Assembly (NCBI RefSeq): GCF_001194135.2
Contig: NC_068986.1
Coordinates: 42,569,229-42,633,228, forward strand
DNA length: 64,000 nucleotides
From: Octopus bimaculoides
Lineage: Eukaryota
Reading direction: 5' to 3'
Below, in pieces: positions 10,544 to 22,491 of this stretch. The position numbers and the translations under genes are program-made. How positions within the stretch are numbered: the stretch's first letter is position 1; every line of letters starts with the position of its first letter. A model generated the notes under the pieces. That model saw only the letters and a program-made list of their open reading frames with translations. It did not search any database and had not been told where the DNA came from.

Positions 10544-11805
10544 CACAGTGCACTGAATAAATTGTCTAAATTACGCAAAAATGAAAATACCACTGTCATC
10601 TCATTTTAACATATATTTACCAAAATTACATGAAAATATCTTGAAATACTAAAGAGTAAATTTATTCAATAAAATTGCCATTGGCTTCAACCTTGGCCTC
10701 CAGATGACTTCGGAATCTCCTGCAGCTCTTCTGGACAGTCTCCTTGTTTAAGTTGGTGAATGCTGTTACAATCCTTGTCTTCAGTTCATCATTGGTGTTA
10801 CAAAGAGTTTTGTTGGTCTCTCACTCAACTGTGCCCCACACATAATAGTCAAGGGGTTTGCAGTCTGGGAAGTTAGGTGGTCGGATGTTAGGGGTTATGT
10901 GATCTCAGAAATTGTCTGACAGCCATGACTGAGTTCTGCTTGCGTGGCATGGTATAGAGTTCTGTTGCCAGACATAGGATCTTCCAGCAGCACTATCTCC
11001 TCCAGGTACTTGATGTAGGCCTCCGTGTTGAGTCTAAGGCCATGTAGAAAGATGAATGGAAGCATAACATTGCTATCACTAGTGATCATTCCAAACACCA
11101 TAATGTTGGCTTTTGATTTTTATCACTCTCAGTACATGTTTTGGGGACATAGCAAGCCAGCAGTTCTGTGTGTTCATCATCTGATCCTGGCAGAATTTTT
11201 TCTCATATGAGAAAAACCAAAGCATGTTCAGTTGGAGGGAATACTTGAGTTTGTTCAAAAGCTTCGTAGTGCAGTCCTTCCTCTTGTCTTTGATGGCTTG
11301 GGATAAAAATTGGCCATTTCTTATCTTGTATGACGAATACTGAATGTCTTCATGCACTACCTGCCTGATAAGAAACTCAGACACTCCCATGTCCCAGGCA
11401 ATGGAACTGATTGACTTGGAAGGATTGTTGTCAATCATGGCCCAGATCTCACCAACAAATTCAGGAGTTCTTTTATCAGAATGATCAGAGTGAGTTTTCC
11501 GAGTTGCCATATCTTCGTAATCACTATTAGGCTCATCCAACTCTTTCTGAATCCTCTGCACTGTCCTCAGATTGACATCCAAACACCTTGAAATGTGCGT
11601 ACTGTAGCTTCCAGCATGAATGCCATGCAGTACAACATGTTGTTTCCAAATTTCTGGCAGAGTGAATTACGTCATAGTGCCGTTTTTCTCTCAGATGGTG
11701 CCCAACTGACCCTACTATACTACTGTGTAGTCAAAAAAGTAAAAAACAATGTGCATACGTGAAATTAAAAATATAAAATGGTGACAATTTACCCATTGCA
11801 CCCTG
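10544..11805 (-). mobile_element. Tc1/mariner DD37D (maT-like) DNA transposon, dead
   Basis: Degenerate TIRs (cacagtgcactgaataaattgtc / gacaatttacccattgcaccctg); both ends sit in (TA)n/(CA)n; contains a transposase pseudogene. Confidence 0.8.
10662..11675 (-). pseudogene. DD37D/maT-type transposase pseudogene
   Basis: HTH-like region (VNLRTVQRIQKEL...RTPEFV), WFFSYEKKF (first D lost), MVFGMITSDSNVMLPFIF, WPPNSPDCNPLDYYVWG; stops and frameshifts. Confidence 0.8.
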
Positions 11806-13679
11806 TGTATATATATATATAAATGTATGTATTTGTATGTGTGTGTGTGTTTATGTATGTACATATACACGTATATATGTGTATGTATATATGTATGTGC
11901 ACATACATGTATGATTGTGTGTGCATGTATATATATATATGTGTGTGTGTGTGTATATATATATATATCATACAATATGATACAATGGCCTTCTACACAG
12001 TTTCTGTTTACTAAATTTACTCACAAGGCATTAATTGATTGGTTGGTCATTGGCCCGAAGCTATAATGGAAAGCACTTAAACAAGGTGCTGCAGAATGGG
12101 TCTAAACCCAAAACTTTTTGGTTGCAAAGTGAGCTTCCTAATCACACAGCCTTACCTTCACTTGTGATATTTCTTTTTTTCCTTTATTATTACATACAAT
12201 TTGCTGCCTTTTACTCTCAGTTCGCTATGAAGCTCCCACTATTCTGACTTGTGTGATTAATATGATAACCCAGCTCATTTGTGGCTATCTCATTGATAGC
12301 TATTATTTGAACCAAGCTCCTAACCCTTTTCACTCTTGGTAAAAAAAAAAGCTTTTACGGGGATGTGCTCTGTGCATATTGGAGTGTTTACTGGTATTTG
12401 TATCCAATTATTGTATCTTACTAAGGTTCTAGTTAATAATATTGAAGCTGCACGCTTCAGTTAGGGTGGAAATTGCATTGATAGTCTCTTTGTATTTAAA
12501 ATCATTTCACAGAACTCACCAAATCCTCCGGCGAAATCATTTCCTAATAATTATCCTCTTCTGCTGCCTTTCTGCTTTATTGTTCACTGAGTGTGAATGT
12601 ATTCTGCTTGTTATTTATTATGAAAGGTTTTGATTTTAAAGGTTGTTAGCAGGCATGTAATTATTTATTAGCTGCCTGCCAGCCACTTTTAAAATTAAAC
12701 CTACTGTTGTCGTCGTTGTCGTCATCATCATCATTGTTATCATCATCATAGTTACATGCAAGTTTCTACTGAGCCATCAGGTGTACCTTTGCGTTCTTGA
12801 AGTATTGCTTTTTGTTTTTCTTTTTTTTTTTGGTTTTTGTTTTTTTAATATGTGGGATGGTATTTGTACATTACATCATTTAATTTAGTTCTATTGTGGT
12901 GGTTTGTTTTGCTGTTGTTTTTTGTTATTACTTCAGTGCTTAGAATATTTTCGTTTGTGACTTGCATTACAGAATTACAGAGGTGGCGATTGCACAGAGT
13001 TTGCATTTGTGTAAAATTGTGGCGATTGAGTGGACTCTGTGTTGTTGAGGTTGGTTTGTAACTTTGGGCAGGAATTGTATAAAGGTAGATACCAAGCAAC
13101 AATTATGGGAATTGATTGAATAGATTACATGTTGTGCAAGGTGAGTGTCATTGTATAGCCACAGGTGATCCCTGATGAAGGAATGGGTTTCACCTGTGAT
13201 GAGCCCATCTCTTTAGATGTACACTTAAGATTGCATTATTCAATGTGTCATTTTCTTATTTAAAACTGACTGTAGGTTGTGATTTGAGAGAGATTTAGTT
13301 GCTATTTCTAGCATTTCACGTGACCACATAGGGGTTTCCTTGTTATTTTATCGATTGGCATTCGGATATGTATATAAGCTGTGTTATAGTATAGGTAGCA
13401 ACTATACTATTATCATTGTTGTCCAACCCCTACCAGCATGGAAAACAGACAAAATGATGAGGATGATGATGATGAACTGCAATGTGTCTAACAGTATGCC
13501 CCATGATAGAGTTTTTATGTTATGTTTTTGATTATGTTGTTGTTTATTATATCCAGCAAAATGGTTATTATTAGTACTAGTTTAATAATTCTCATACCCT
13601 ACTTCATATCTTAATTTCAAGATTCTTATACTCTATTATTTTGCTGCCTCATTTTTTGTGCCATTTTCTGCAAATAAGA

Positions 13680-14135
13680 GAATCTTACCTCCACCCTCGT
13701 TCAGCATTCACTCCTACTCTCATTTCTAACCATCTCTTGCTCTCCCATCACACTCTTATGAAACTATCCACCTGCTTTTCCTTCTCCTGATCCATTGTCC
13801 ATATTGTCTCTTATGCTCATTTACTTGTACTTTAAGGGTAGCTCTGGCACCCCATCATTAAAATCTTTATCTTTTTCCCAGCTACTCCCACCACAACTTT
13901 ATATAAAGAAGGATAGCCATGTATGCCCTCAGTAACAAGACACCTATCCTTGTTCCTCTATTATACTTTAGCTCTTCAATATCTGGCATAAAACCACTTC
14001 CTCTTTTGAAATACTCCTCCCTGCCACCAACTTTTTCGGTGGGGATTTTACTCTTTCTTTTCCTGTCTTACAACTTACTTGGTGGACCTCACAAGTGCCA
14101 GTAGTGCAAAAAAAAAAAAAAAAAGAAAGAAAGAA
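13680..14135 (+). mobile_element. Old L2/CR1-like 3' fragment with A-rich tail
   Basis: C/T-rich segment with 'tttgaaatactcctccctgcc' (resembling WNxLP) ending in poly(A)/(GAAA)n. Confidence 0.35.
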
Positions 14136-14746
14136 AGAAAGAAAACTGTCATACTCCAAGTTAACATCCTAACCATTACTCTCTTAATAAGAATATAAGA
14201 TTCTTATAAGAAAATTAAGTGAAAATTAACGATGAATTTTTTGCTTTTGTACTTCATGATTATCTAATCCTACTTCTGTTGATTTTTATATTAAAATAAA
14301 GCAGAAAAAGCCCTCTTCATGAGCATTGAACAAGAACTGCTGTTCACCAGTCAAAAAAGAAAAAGAAAACATGCTACCAACTTTATGAATGGGTGGAAAT
14401 AACAGGCTGATTGAGAGACTCTGGCATGATATGTGTCAGATTTTAATCAAAACTATATGAGAAGAAAGTCCACATCCAGAATTTTCAAATAACATATAAT
14501 TTTCTATGAAAAAAAGATTTGACATGAAAATAACCAAGCAGATAGTGTGGTTTTGTGCAGTCAAACTGTACTTGTTTCCCTTCCATGACACTCTATAGTG
14601 ATACCTACTCTTATACCAAGTTTGATTCATATGCCATTTCGTTACATGTCAAGTATTAGTATCTAGCCCAGTGAAATTTGCTGCTTAAGCAACCATTTTG
14701 CTGAAAAGACTGGCCAGCTAGAAATGATAGGGTTAGTTGTTTCTTT

Positions 14747-15328
14747 AGGAATAATACATTTCTAAATCTCTCAGAGAGATTTATGCAGTAGTGATACAAT
14801 GAAGTAGTTGTATGCTGTCAACTTAATGTGACAGTCCCCTGAAGGGAATAATACTACAGTTGGTTAGACCTAGGAAGCTGCACCGCTTCCTGTCGGCGTT
14901 GACACATTTCCTGACACAGGAAGTGGTGCAGCTTTCTAGGTCTAACCAACAGTAGTATTATTCCCTTCAGGGCACTGTCACATTAAGTTGACCGCATACA
15001 ACTACTTCATCGTATCACTACTGCATAAATCTCTCTGAGAGATTTAGAAATGTATTATTTCTAAATTTGAAATCAGTGAATGTATTTCACTAGAATTATT
15101 ATATGTTTGCAAGAGCTTGACGGACATCTTCGACTAGCAGGTCATGCTACTCCAGACTGATGACAAGCAAAGACTCAGAAACATGTTTCTGGATGCAGGC
15201 TTGGTTGGGTGGAGGTGCTTGTCTCCCCCTTGTAAACATAAGGACACAGTGCAGCTTCCTAGGTCTAACCAACAGTAGTATTATTCCCTTCAGGGGACTC
15301 TCACATTAAGTTGACAGCAAACAACCAC
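14747..15328 (+). mobile_element. Hammerhead-bearing non-autonomous retroelement (retrozyme/Penelope-like) with TSD, terminal redundancy and 5' inversion
   Basis: TSD tagttgtttcttt at 14734-14746 and 15329-15341; 14750-14893 is the reverse complement of 14916-15059; 15243-15329 directly repeats 14913-15006; hammerhead at 15151-15193. Confidence 0.75.
15151..15193 (+). ncRNA. Minimal type I hammerhead ribozyme, stem II eroded
   Basis: UCCAGA-CUGAUGA-caagcaaagacuca-GAA-ACAUGU-U|UCUGGA: perfect 6-bp stem I, intact core, palindromic ACAUGU stem III. Confidence 0.75.
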
Positions 15329-15814
15329 TAGTTGTTTCTTTGTACTTTTTGCTGAAAGCATTGTTCTTGAGCAACAGTGAAAATCAGTTTCTGTTTTTAG
15401 TTCAAAGCTTATTTTTTTCTCTTTTTTTTTTTCTTTCCTGAACTAACAAGTTTTGCAGGATAATTCAAGATATTTTTCTTAAGTTTTCTTTTTCTCATAT
15501 TTTGCTGCTCCATTTTGAATTGCCTTATATTTTTTAACTATCTCTGTTCTTTTATTATCACAATCTTTTATTATCAAAATCTTTCTCTTCTAGTTTATAC
15601 TTTGTTTCCTTATATATTAAGAACAAGTTATTTTTATTGTTCATTTTCACTGGTTACACTTATCAGTGTTTTTTCCCTTTGCTTGATTCTTTTACTTTTT
15701 ATTATTAAGGTTGGGACATAAGGCTGCTGAATTGGCACTACTTGTTCCAAATCTTTGTATCCCGAGTTCAAATTCTACTGGCGCTAACTTTTCTCTTTCT
15801 TCCTTTCAGAGTTC

Positions 15815-16025
15815 TTAAACTTTTAGCATTCAGATTACTTTGTCAAATGTAATGCTTATTTATTCACATTGTTTTAAATTAATCATGCACTGCCTCATAG
15901 CTTCAAGATTTCAGTGATATTATTGTTCATTTTTAGAATGACATTGTAGATGGGATAGGCTATATCCGGTTGACTTGATCATAAAACAGTTAGAATATTT
16001 GAGCCATATATAGTGAAAGGACTAA
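15815..16025 (-). mobile_element. TTAA piggyBac-type MITE (old copy)
   Basis: Starts ttaaacttttagcattcagattac, the reverse complement of the right end of the family seen at 42088-42309. Confidence 0.55.
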
Positions 16026-16129
16026 AATAATGCATCAGTACTGGTGTTGATTTAATCAACTTATTCTTTATCTAAATTTCAGGCCTTGGGTTTTTATCAG
16101 AAATAATTATTAAGGTGGAAGTCGTTGTC

Positions 16130-16500
16130 ATCATCATCATCATTTAACATCTGCCTTCCATGCTGACATGAGTTGGACGGTTTGACAGGAGCTAGCCAGC
16201 AGAAGCCTGCACCATACTTCTGTGTCTGTTTTGGCATGTTTTTATGGCTGGATGCGCTTCTTAACAGCAGCCACCCCCACAGAGTAGGCTGAGTGCTTTT
16301 TACGTGGTACCAGCACACGTGAGGTCAGTTTTGGCATGATTTTTACAGCTGGATGCCCTTCCAAATGCCAACCACTTTACAGTGTGGACTGAGTGCTTTT
16401 TATGTGGTACGAGCACTGGCAAGGTCACCAAGTAACTTTGCAAGACAAGGAATCTTTGAGAAGGGAGGAGGACATTGGAGGAGGTGATCTTGTGTCAGAT
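16130..16500 (-). mobile_element. RTE 3'-end-related repeat with internal duplication
   Basis: (CAT)n tail then 'ttccatgctgacatgagttggacgg'; the block 'ggctggatgc..cttc..aacc' occurs twice. Confidence 0.65.
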
Positions 16501-16539
16501 GATGAAAGGTTAGAGTATGACAGAGAGACAGAGAGATAA

Positions 16540-17050
16540 ATTGATGTTTTGCTATAGAGGAGGTACCTGGTTAGCCAGCCAGAGACAGAGAGAAAGAGAG
16601 AGAGGGGGAGAGAGACAGAACAGGAGAGAGAGAGGGGAGAGAGACAGAGAGTTAACAAGAAAGATGGTAGGAACAGGTGTGCTGCATTAAAGGAGATATA
16701 GGGTTACTTAGCTGGAGGAAAGAAAAAGAGAGAGAGAGAGTGATCAAGAATGAGGGCAGAAACGAGTGTGCTGCTGAAGAGGAGATACACGGTTACTCGG
16801 AGAGGGAGAGAGAGTTAGCAGGAAAGAGGACAGAAACAGGTGTGCTGCTGTAAAGGAGATACTGGGTTACCTAACCAGAGGCAAGAGCAAGCAGAGGAGG
16901 GAGAGAGAGTGATTGACAGGTGTACTGCTGTAGAGGACATAACATAGTTACCCAACCAGAGAGAAGAGCAAGAGAAAGAGAGAGTGGGAGTCAACAGGAG
17001 TACAAGAGAGAGCAGCAGGGAGATGGCAGCAAAGTGCCAGGGTATACTCA
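16540..17050. repeat. Imperfect ~75-90-bp GA-rich minisatellite
   Basis: Unit core 'caggtgtgctgctgtagaggagata...ggttac' recurs near 16548, 16676, 16763, 16837 and 16917, separated by (GA)n. Confidence 0.65.
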
Positions 17051-17439
17051 CAAGTACGGAGATGATTGAATATTTAAGATATTGAGCAAAATACCTTCTG
17101 GAAGTTCGTTAGATCTTTTTCACTTGACATGTAAATTCTGCTAAAGTGACTAAATTCTATATCCTTTTGGAATATGATAAAATAGTAGCAGTTATACATT
17201 GCTTTCAATTTAGTTAGCTGTACTCGTACCCAACAAAGTTATTTGTAGTTTTCATCATGTCTTCAGATAAGGAATTAACATTACTGTGGGAAAGGAAGAA
17301 TATATTACTGCTACTGATGGTAATGATGATGGCATTGATGATGGTGGTGGTGATGATGATGATGATGTTATTGTTGCTATTATTTATTTGGGGAGAATGC
17401 TAGAAATTGCAACATGATAGATCACACGTTTTATAATAT

Positions 17440-17630
17440 TCTTTCCTACACAAGGCCCGAAATTTTTGGGGAAGGGGCCAGGCGATTAGATTGACCCCAG
17501 TATACAACTGGTACTTATCAACTCCGAAAGGATGAAAGGCAAAGTCGACCTTGGCAGAATTGGAACTCAGAACGAAATACCGCTAAGCAATTCGCCTGGC
17601 ATGCTAATGTTTCTGCCAGCTTGCTGCCTT
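17440..17630 (-). mobile_element. Second tRNA-derived SINE family
   Basis: 'ggatgaaaggcaaagtcgacc...gaactcagaac' central motif; related copies near 15720, 29760-29935, 33040-33210, 44098-44250 and 51020-51230. Confidence 0.7.
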
Positions 17631-17877
17631 ATTAAATGGTAAGTGAGGTAGTAATGATCCTTTTGCTGTAAGACATGAAATTTTAATTAGAATTACATTC
17701 TGAATGACAAGAAGTGAAGGGAAGCAACAATTTTAATTTATGAAAAATAATCAAATATGAAATGCATTGAAGATAATGAATCTGATCTTTAGCAGAATAA
17801 GCATATCTAATATAAGTGAAACATGTCTGGAGTTGTCATCAAACTGTTGAACATCAAGCTCATCCCTCCTTACATTC

Positions 17878-18345
17878 CATCATCATCATCATCATCATTC
17901 ACTTTCCATGCTGGCATGGGTTGGATGGTTTGACTGAGGACTGGCAAGCCAGTAGGCTACACCAGGCTCCAATCTGATCTGGCAGAGTTTCTACAGCTGG
18001 ATGCCCTTCCTAATGTCAACTACTCCAAGAGTGTAGTGAATGCTTTTTACGTGCCACTGGCACAGGAGCCAGTTAGCGGGCACTGGCATTGACCACGTTC
18101 AGATAGTGCTTTTTACATGCCACTGGCATGGGAGTTAGTCAGAGGCCACTGGCATCAACCATGTTCAGATGGGGCTTTTTATGTGCCACTAACATGGTAG
18201 CCAGTCAGGGGTCACAGGCATCGACCATGCTTGCATGGTGCTTTTTACATGCCACTGGTACAGGGAGCCAGTCATGTGGCACTAGCATCAACTCACGCTT
18301 GAATGGTGCTTATTACGTACCACCAGCATAGGTGTCAGTCAAGTA
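17878..18345 (-). mobile_element. RTE 3'-end-related repeat containing a ~66-bp tandem array
   Basis: 'gctttttac(g/a)tgcc' recurs at about 18041, 18107, 18173, 18240 and 18307. Confidence 0.75.
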
Positions 18346-18597
18346 ATTTTAATTAGAATTTAGGGATTATCTCCCCTACCTTTCTTGATCAGAATAAGTA
18401 ATTTAAATAATGATTGGTGTTCTTATCGTTAATGATGTAATTTCAAATCAATTAGATTTCTGGACTTAAATAATGAAGTATGATAGCATGTACTTTATTA
18501 AGTTTCCATACTTCAAGCATCCCTCTGTTTTTCCCCTGGTCACCTCTCATTCCAAGCTAAAATCCTTCCAGGGTTAACTTCATCTTTTTCGTCATTG

Positions 18598-18760
18598 GGC
18601 GTTGGAGTGGATGTGTGGTAAGTAGGTTTCTTACCAACCACATGGTTCCGGGTTCAGTCCCACTGCGTGGCACCTTGGGCAAGTGTCTTCTACTATAGCT
18701 TCGGGCCAACCAAAGCCTTGTGAGTGAATTTGGTAGATGGAAACTGAAAGAAGCCCGTCG

Positions 18761-18808
<48 letters not shown>

Positions 18809-18812
18809 AATT

Positions 18813-18851
<39 letters not shown>

Positions 18852-19057
18852 TTGTGTGTCTGTGTTTGTCCCCCCAACATCACTTGACAACCGATGCTGG
18901 TGTGTTTACATCCCCGTAACTTAGCGGTTCGGCTAAAGAGACCGATAGAATAAGTACTAGACTTACAAAGAATAAGTCCTGGGATCAATTAGCTCGACTA
19001 AAAGGCGGTGCTTCAGCATGGCCACAGTCAAATGACTGAAACAAGTAAAAGAGAGAG
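18598..19057 (+). mobile_element. Full-length composite tRNA-SINE with internal (TA)n(TG)n
   Basis: Head ggcgttggagtggatgtgtggtaag...ggttcagtccc; tail aaggcggtgcttcagcatggccacagtcaaatgactgaaacaagtaaaa. Confidence 0.85.
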
Positions 19058-19645
19058 CAAAGAGTATTGAGAACAATGACATGCACCAATCTTGTATGGA
19101 GTTGATTCAAGCAGTTATACTCCTTTTCTACAATTATGTAACTGGTCTTATAAAACATTATTATTTCAGTATTAATTTTGTTATCATTAAGCACCGCTCC
19201 ATGTAACTTTCGTGTGTGCAATCTTTCACTTGTTTCAGTCATTAGACTGCAGTCATGCTGGGGCACTGCCTTGAAAAGAAGTTTAGTTGAATGAATCGAT
19301 CCCATCACTTTTTTTTTTTCTTTTTCTTTTTAAAGGCTGGTACCTATTCTTTCGGTCTCTTATGCCAAACTGCTAAGTCATGAGGACATAAACACACCAA
19401 CACTGGTTGTTAAGCAGTGGTGTGGGACAAATACAAGCACAATGACACATGCACACACACATATATGTATATATGCAACGGGCTTCTTTCAGTTTCCATC
19501 TACCGGACCCACTTGTAAGGTATCATGCAGTGGAGCACAAACTAACCAACTCTGCTTGTTAAGCAATGGGATCGGGGGACAAAGACAACAAACATACACT
19601 CCCCCCTCATATATATATATATATATATGTACATATATATATATA

Positions 19646-19676
<31 letters not shown>

Positions 19677-19829
19677 CGAGAGAGAGAGAGAGAGAGATAC
19701 ACATAGATATATGGAGACAGTGATGCTGATAAATAAGACTAGGCTTCATATATAAATATACATATATACATAAAGATATAGAGATATGTATAGATGCAAT
19801 GAACTCATTTTATTCTTTTTTTTTGTTTC

Positions 19830-20011
19830 TTCTTACTTGTTTCAGTCACTTGACTGTGGCCATGCTGGAGTACAGCCTTTAGGCGAGCAAATCGACCCCA
19901 GGACTTATTCTTTGTAAGCCTAGTACTTATTCTATTGGTCTTATTTGCTGAACCACTAAGTTACGGGGACGTAACCACACCAGCATTGGTTGTCAAGTGA
20001 TGTTGGGGGGA

Positions 20012-20046
<35 letters not shown>

Positions 20047-20114
20047 GCACACATGCACCTATACATATATATGACGGGCTTCTTTCAGTTTCCATCTAGC
20101 AAATCCACTCACAA
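19830..20114 (-). mobile_element. Composite tRNA-SINE (runs into N-gap)
   Basis: Reverse complement of the same family with internal (CA)n(TA)n. Confidence 0.75.
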
Positions 20115-20421
20115 NNNNNNNNNNNNNNNNNNNNNNNNNNNNNNNNNNNNNNNNNNNNNNNNNNNNNNNNNNNNNNNNNNNNNNNNNNNNNNNNNNNNNN
20201 NNNNNNNNNNNNNNNNNNNNNNNNNNNNNNNNNNNNNNNNNNNNNNNNNNNNNNNNNNNNNNNNNNNNNNNNNNNNNNNNNNNNNNNNNNNNNNNNNNNN
20301 NNNNNNNNNNNNNNNNNNNNNNNNNNNNNNNNNNNNNNNNNNNNNNNNNNNNNNNNNNNNNNNNNNNNNNNNNNNNNCAGAAGATAAACACATAAGTACT
20401 AGCTTATGGATAATACATACA

Positions 20422-20477
<56 letters not shown>

Positions 20478-21956
20478 AGCTCCTTTTCAGTATTGTCTAC
20501 CAAATCTAGCTCACAATGCTTTCATTGGCCCAAGGCTATAGTAGAAGGTACTTACCCAAAGTGCCATTCACTGGGACTGAACTCGAAACCACACAATTGG
20601 AAAGCAAACATTTTACCACATAGTCACATCTGTGCCTACTTTATAACACAAATCTGCATGCTAATTGGCTATTTCCTGAATGTTAGTATATAAATCTTGA
20701 GCTTTTGTTCATATATTTGTGTTTGCCTATTATTCTTGCAGTTGTTTCTGTTTCAAATCCTCACAATGTGGACATTTCTATATCCACATTTTTATATTTG
20801 GTTAGTTTCTTGATTTCAAATATATCTAATATTTTTTGTATTGTCCTCTTTCTTTGGATTTGATTCATCATTTAGACAATAATGTCAGATATTTGCCTTA
20901 AACTCTCTCTCTTTCTTTCTCGCTCACTTACTCTGTTTGAATCAGTATTATTTCTTTGATAATGCTGAAATTGTTTGCACTGCATGACTCTTTATTTAAA
21001 TAATGTTATGTCTGTTGAGATAGCCAGAACTAATGTAACTGATTGTTTCTTTCTTCATAATCTCCACGCACTCTGTGGTTATAGGCCAAATCTACTTGTA
21101 AGTGGTTTTGTATAACAATGCTGAGAACACCTTAATTCATATCCGATAATTTGTAATATACATACATCATCATCATCATTTAAAGTCCGCTTTCCATGGG
21201 TTGGATGGCTTGACATTGAACTGGCCAGCTCGGAGCTGTCCAGGCTCCAATTGTCTGTAATGGCATGGTTTCTATGGCTGGATGCACTTCTTAATGCCAA
21301 CCACTTAATAGAGTATGCTGGGTGCTTTTCAAGTGCCGCTGGCATAGATATATGAAGGCAGTGATGCTGATAAACAGAATTAGGCTTCATATATAAATAT
21401 ACATATATACATACAGATTATATATAAATATATATAGAGATATGCATAGATACAAATAACTACATTGCTGCAAAAACTTATGAGGTAGTGCACAGGTAGT
21501 GGTGCAGAAGAGAGATAATGAGGACTGTTGAAGAAATTCATTGAATTTGGAAAAAGAAAGACATAGATAATTCATTTAATCAATATATTTGATCAGCTGT
21601 GGAGAGATCATCATCCAGTCCTTTTCATTTCTGTTCTTTCATCTGATTAGACAAGTCTTGAGCATATTGCCATTCATTTTGTCATTTTCTCTGTGACATT
21701 CCAAATTCTGAGATCTGATCTCTATTTTCCAAGTCCTTCTCTGTTTGACTATCTTCCATTGTTAATCACCCAATTTACATATCAAATCTGTATCTGTTCA
21801 GTGACCCCCACCTCCTAAATACATCAGCTGGCATTCCATTATTTTTTGCCTTTCACACAGGAGAATATTACCCTTCTAACAGATCAGATTTGGTCCATTT
21901 CTTTCCAGTATTTACAACTCTTCCATTAATTAGATTATTATCTAACTAACCATCAT

Positions 21957-22228
21957 CATCGTTTAACGTCCACTTTCCATGCTAGCATGGGTTGGACGAT
22001 TTGACTGAGGACTGGTGAACCAGATGGCTACACCAGGCTCCAATCTGATTTGGCAGAGTTTCTACAGCTGAATGCCCTTCCTAACACCAACCACTCCGAG
22101 AGTGTAGTGGGTGCTCTTACGTGCCACCAACATGAAGGCCAGTCCGGAGGTACTGGCAACGACCACGCTCAAAATGGTGTATTTTACATGCCACCTGCAC
22201 AGGAGCCAGTCCAGCGGCACTGGCAATC
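21957..22228 (-). mobile_element. Young RTE 3'-end-related repeat
   Basis: Near-identical reverse complement of 30975-31243 and 31625-31848. Confidence 0.8.
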
Positions 22229-22491
22229 ATTTTAAATTCTGTTTTACCATGCTTGCATGGGACAAACAAGATCACATTGAGGCAGTGTTTTCAACTGTCT
22301 ATCCTGACACTAATCTTCATCTGCTTCCTAGTAAGGTAATAGTCCCCAATTCTGTTTTCTATAAATTGTACTGACTTATTTATATATATATNNNNNNNNN
22401 NNNNNNNNNNNNNNNNNNNNNNNNNNNNNNNNNNNNNNNNNNNNNNNNNNNNNNNNNNNNNNNNNNNNNNNNNNNNNNNNNNNNNNNNNNN

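Noticed and set aside
13170-13280. CTGATGA followed by taaaactgactgtagg, possible hammerhead
   Set aside because: No GAAA, no convincing stem II, and the downstream part belongs to a common repeat that also occurs near 23520 without a core.
14634-14665. PFRYMSSISI*, resembling PPFRYLHD
   Set aside because: Only a 4-residue match, stop in frame, no splice support.
16540-18345. CRISPR-like arrays suggested by spaced repeats
   Set aside because: Eukaryotic context, diverged units with homologous or (GA)n spacers, no cas genes; these are minisatellites.
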